From positions 1-16,418 of the forward strand of contig DAOWGI010000018.1 of NCBI GenBank assembly GCA_030637655.1: a stretch of DNA of 16,418 nt, given 5' to 3'. This document shows positions 14,613-16,418 of this stretch, piece by piece. The notes below the pieces were generated by a model. It searched no databases and had not been told where the DNA came from. It saw only the letters and a program-made list of their open reading frames with translations. The position numbers were made by a program, and so were the translations under genes. Source of the DNA: a candidate division FCPU426 bacterium (GTDB lineage Bacteria; Oederibacteriota; JAAXVQ01; JAUVAV01). Position 1 is the stretch's first letter, and each line of letters begins with the position of its first letter.

Positions 14613-16418
14613 ATGTGGGATAAATTTATTGCTTTTTTTGCCAAACGGCACATGTTGGCGAATTTAATGTTCATTGGTATTATGGTGGCCGGTGTGTACT
14701 TTTGGTTTGCCACCAATAAGGAAGAACTCCCCAATGTCACCCGGGACAGGGTCAGAATATCCTGCTCGTATCCCGGCGCGTCAGCAGAACAGGTGGAGTA
14801 TTTTGTCACCAAGGAAATTGAGGATAAGCTAAAGGGTCTGGATGGGATCTATAAGGTCACCAGCAATTCCGGGGCCGGATCCTCCAGCATCAGTGTGGAA
14901 CTGGAATTGAGACGTCCGGACCGGGATGAAATAATAACCGAGATTAAAACTGCGGTTTATGACGCCAAACTGCCTGATGAGGTAACGGAAGATCCCCGCG
15001 TCCGGGAATTCAAATCTTCCAAAAAAGCCATTATGGACATAGGAGTTTTTGACAAAAGTGCCCGCCTCTTGACCCCGGAAAAGAGAAGAAAACTTCATGC
15101 GTACGCACTGGCCCTGGAAAATCAGCTGCTCAATCTGAAAAACATCAGCGAAGTAAGCCGCCGGGCTTATCAGAATCCGGAAATACGCATCGAGGCGGAT
15201 CCTGAAAAACTGAAAGAGTACAATATCTCCCTCAATACCATTTCCACTGAAATAAAAGCCTTGAATTCACGCCAACCGGCAGGTAGTCTGGAAGATAAAT
15301 TCGAATCCAAGGTAACGCTGGATTCCGAATTGGATACAGTGGCTGAGCTGGAAAAAGTAATCATTAAGGGAGGCTTTGAGGGGCAGAAGGTTCGCGTGAA
15401 AGACATTGCGACCGTAACCGAAAATTTTGAAAAGACAAAGTTTATCCAGAAAATAAACGGCCGGGAGGGTATTTTTCTCAATGCTGTGAAAACCGCGGAT
15501 TCCGATATCCTGGAATCCGTTGACGCCGTGAAGGCGTTGGTAAAAAAGGTCAGCGAAAATACGTTCCAAGGAACGGATTATGAAATTGTGCTATTGGATG
15601 ATGAATCCCGGGAGCTTCGGAATCGCCTGAATATCATCCTGTACAACGGTACGATTGGACTGACTCTGGTTTTGGTCGTACTGCTGGTATTCCTGAATTT
15701 TCACACCGCCTTTTGGGTGGCCATGGGTATTCCGTTTACCTTTGCTTTCACCATGGTCGGTATAAATATGCTCGGGTACACGATCAATAATATTACGCTC
15801 GGCGCCATTATCATTGTCATGGGTATGATTGTGGATGATGCCATAATTGTCGCGGAGAATATATCCCGGTACCGTTCCAATGGCATGGCGTTTGAGGAAG
15901 CGGCTATTAAAGGAACATCGTATGTACTTTTGCCGATCACGGCGGCGATTGTTACGACCTGCCTTTCCTTTACTCCGCTGTTTATGAATCTAGGCGGTTG
16001 GCACGGTGTGATGATCAGCTTTCTGCCGCCGGTGATCTTTCTGATGCTGGCAGCTTCTTTATTTGAATCCGTGCTCATTCTTCCCAGCCATATGAGCATA
16101 CGTATGCCTCGGATATTCATGGGCAGATTGAAAACATCCGAGGTAATCCACACCTAAGTCAAAACAGAGTAAAAAAACCGGCCTCCAGGCCAAGCCGCAA
16201 ACCGAAGAACGTGTCCGTCACTGGTTTCTAGCCTATGAAAAAGGGTATGGGCAATTGCTCGAAAAAGCACTCAAAGCGAAATACTGGGTTTTTTTAGCGG
16301 CACTGTTCATTCTAGTCGGGTCATTTGTACTCGCGGCTAAGACCATGAAGTTCACTATGTTTCCGCGAACCGAATCGGATCAGATCACCCTAAGGGGCGA
16401 AGCTCCCAGCGGCACTAC
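14613..16418 (+). pseudogene. AcrB/AcrD/AcrF-family RND transporter permease with a +1 frameshift (real lesion or sequencing error); runs off right edge
   Basis: First frame, 514 aa: YPGASAEQVE, GMIVDDAIIVAENI, ESVLILPSH; stops at 16155-16157. The +1 frame is open from 16147 to the window end and encodes the expected continuation: HWFLAYEKGYGQLLEKALKAKYWVFL...FTMFPRTESDQITLRGEAPSGT. Confidence 0.8.

Noticed and set aside
297-16153. Short antisense or alternative-frame ORFs in the track (e.g. 846-1388, 3938-4429, 12239-12541, 12503-12796, 13076-13477, 15701-16153)
   Set aside because: They overlap well-supported genes or repeats and show no recognisable motifs or RBS.
16140-16160. Programmed RF2-like +1 frameshift (GAGGT ... 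ACC TAA G)
   Set aside because: ACC to CCT does not allow tRNA re-pairing, SD spacing differs from prfB, and a second in-frame stop at 16170 excludes readthrough.

Overview
Bacterial window with three parts. (1) 1-11311, minus strand: a tightly coupled 9-gene operon behind a near-consensus sigma70 promoter. In order it encodes a PQQ/BamB-like beta-propeller, an NHL propeller with a Tat-like lipoprotein signal and a vicinal CC motif, a Tat-signal polyferredoxin, a NapH/MauN-like membrane polyferredoxin, a membrane-anchored PQQ-like propeller, a fused NuoE-NuoF (HydC-HydB-like) flavo-Fe-S protein, an Fe-S-only HydA/NuoG-N + GltD-type subunit with no visible catalytic domain, a lipoprotein PQQ-like propeller, and a GT4 glycosyltransferase (runs off the left edge; absent from the ORF track). 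It looks like an uncharacterised envelope-spanning redox system. (2) 11425-12519: a RAYT-type HUH tyrosine transposase flanked by GGCACC-containing motifs, followed by a small hydrophobic ORF. (3) 12826-16418, plus strand: PilZ protein, tatA, tatC and an AcrB-family RND gene broken by a frameshift at about 16144-16157. Five 28-bp GTA(G/A)...(C/T)TAC palindromes with different interiors are scattered through the window. One supplies a stop codon and one is translated in frame inside a CDS.
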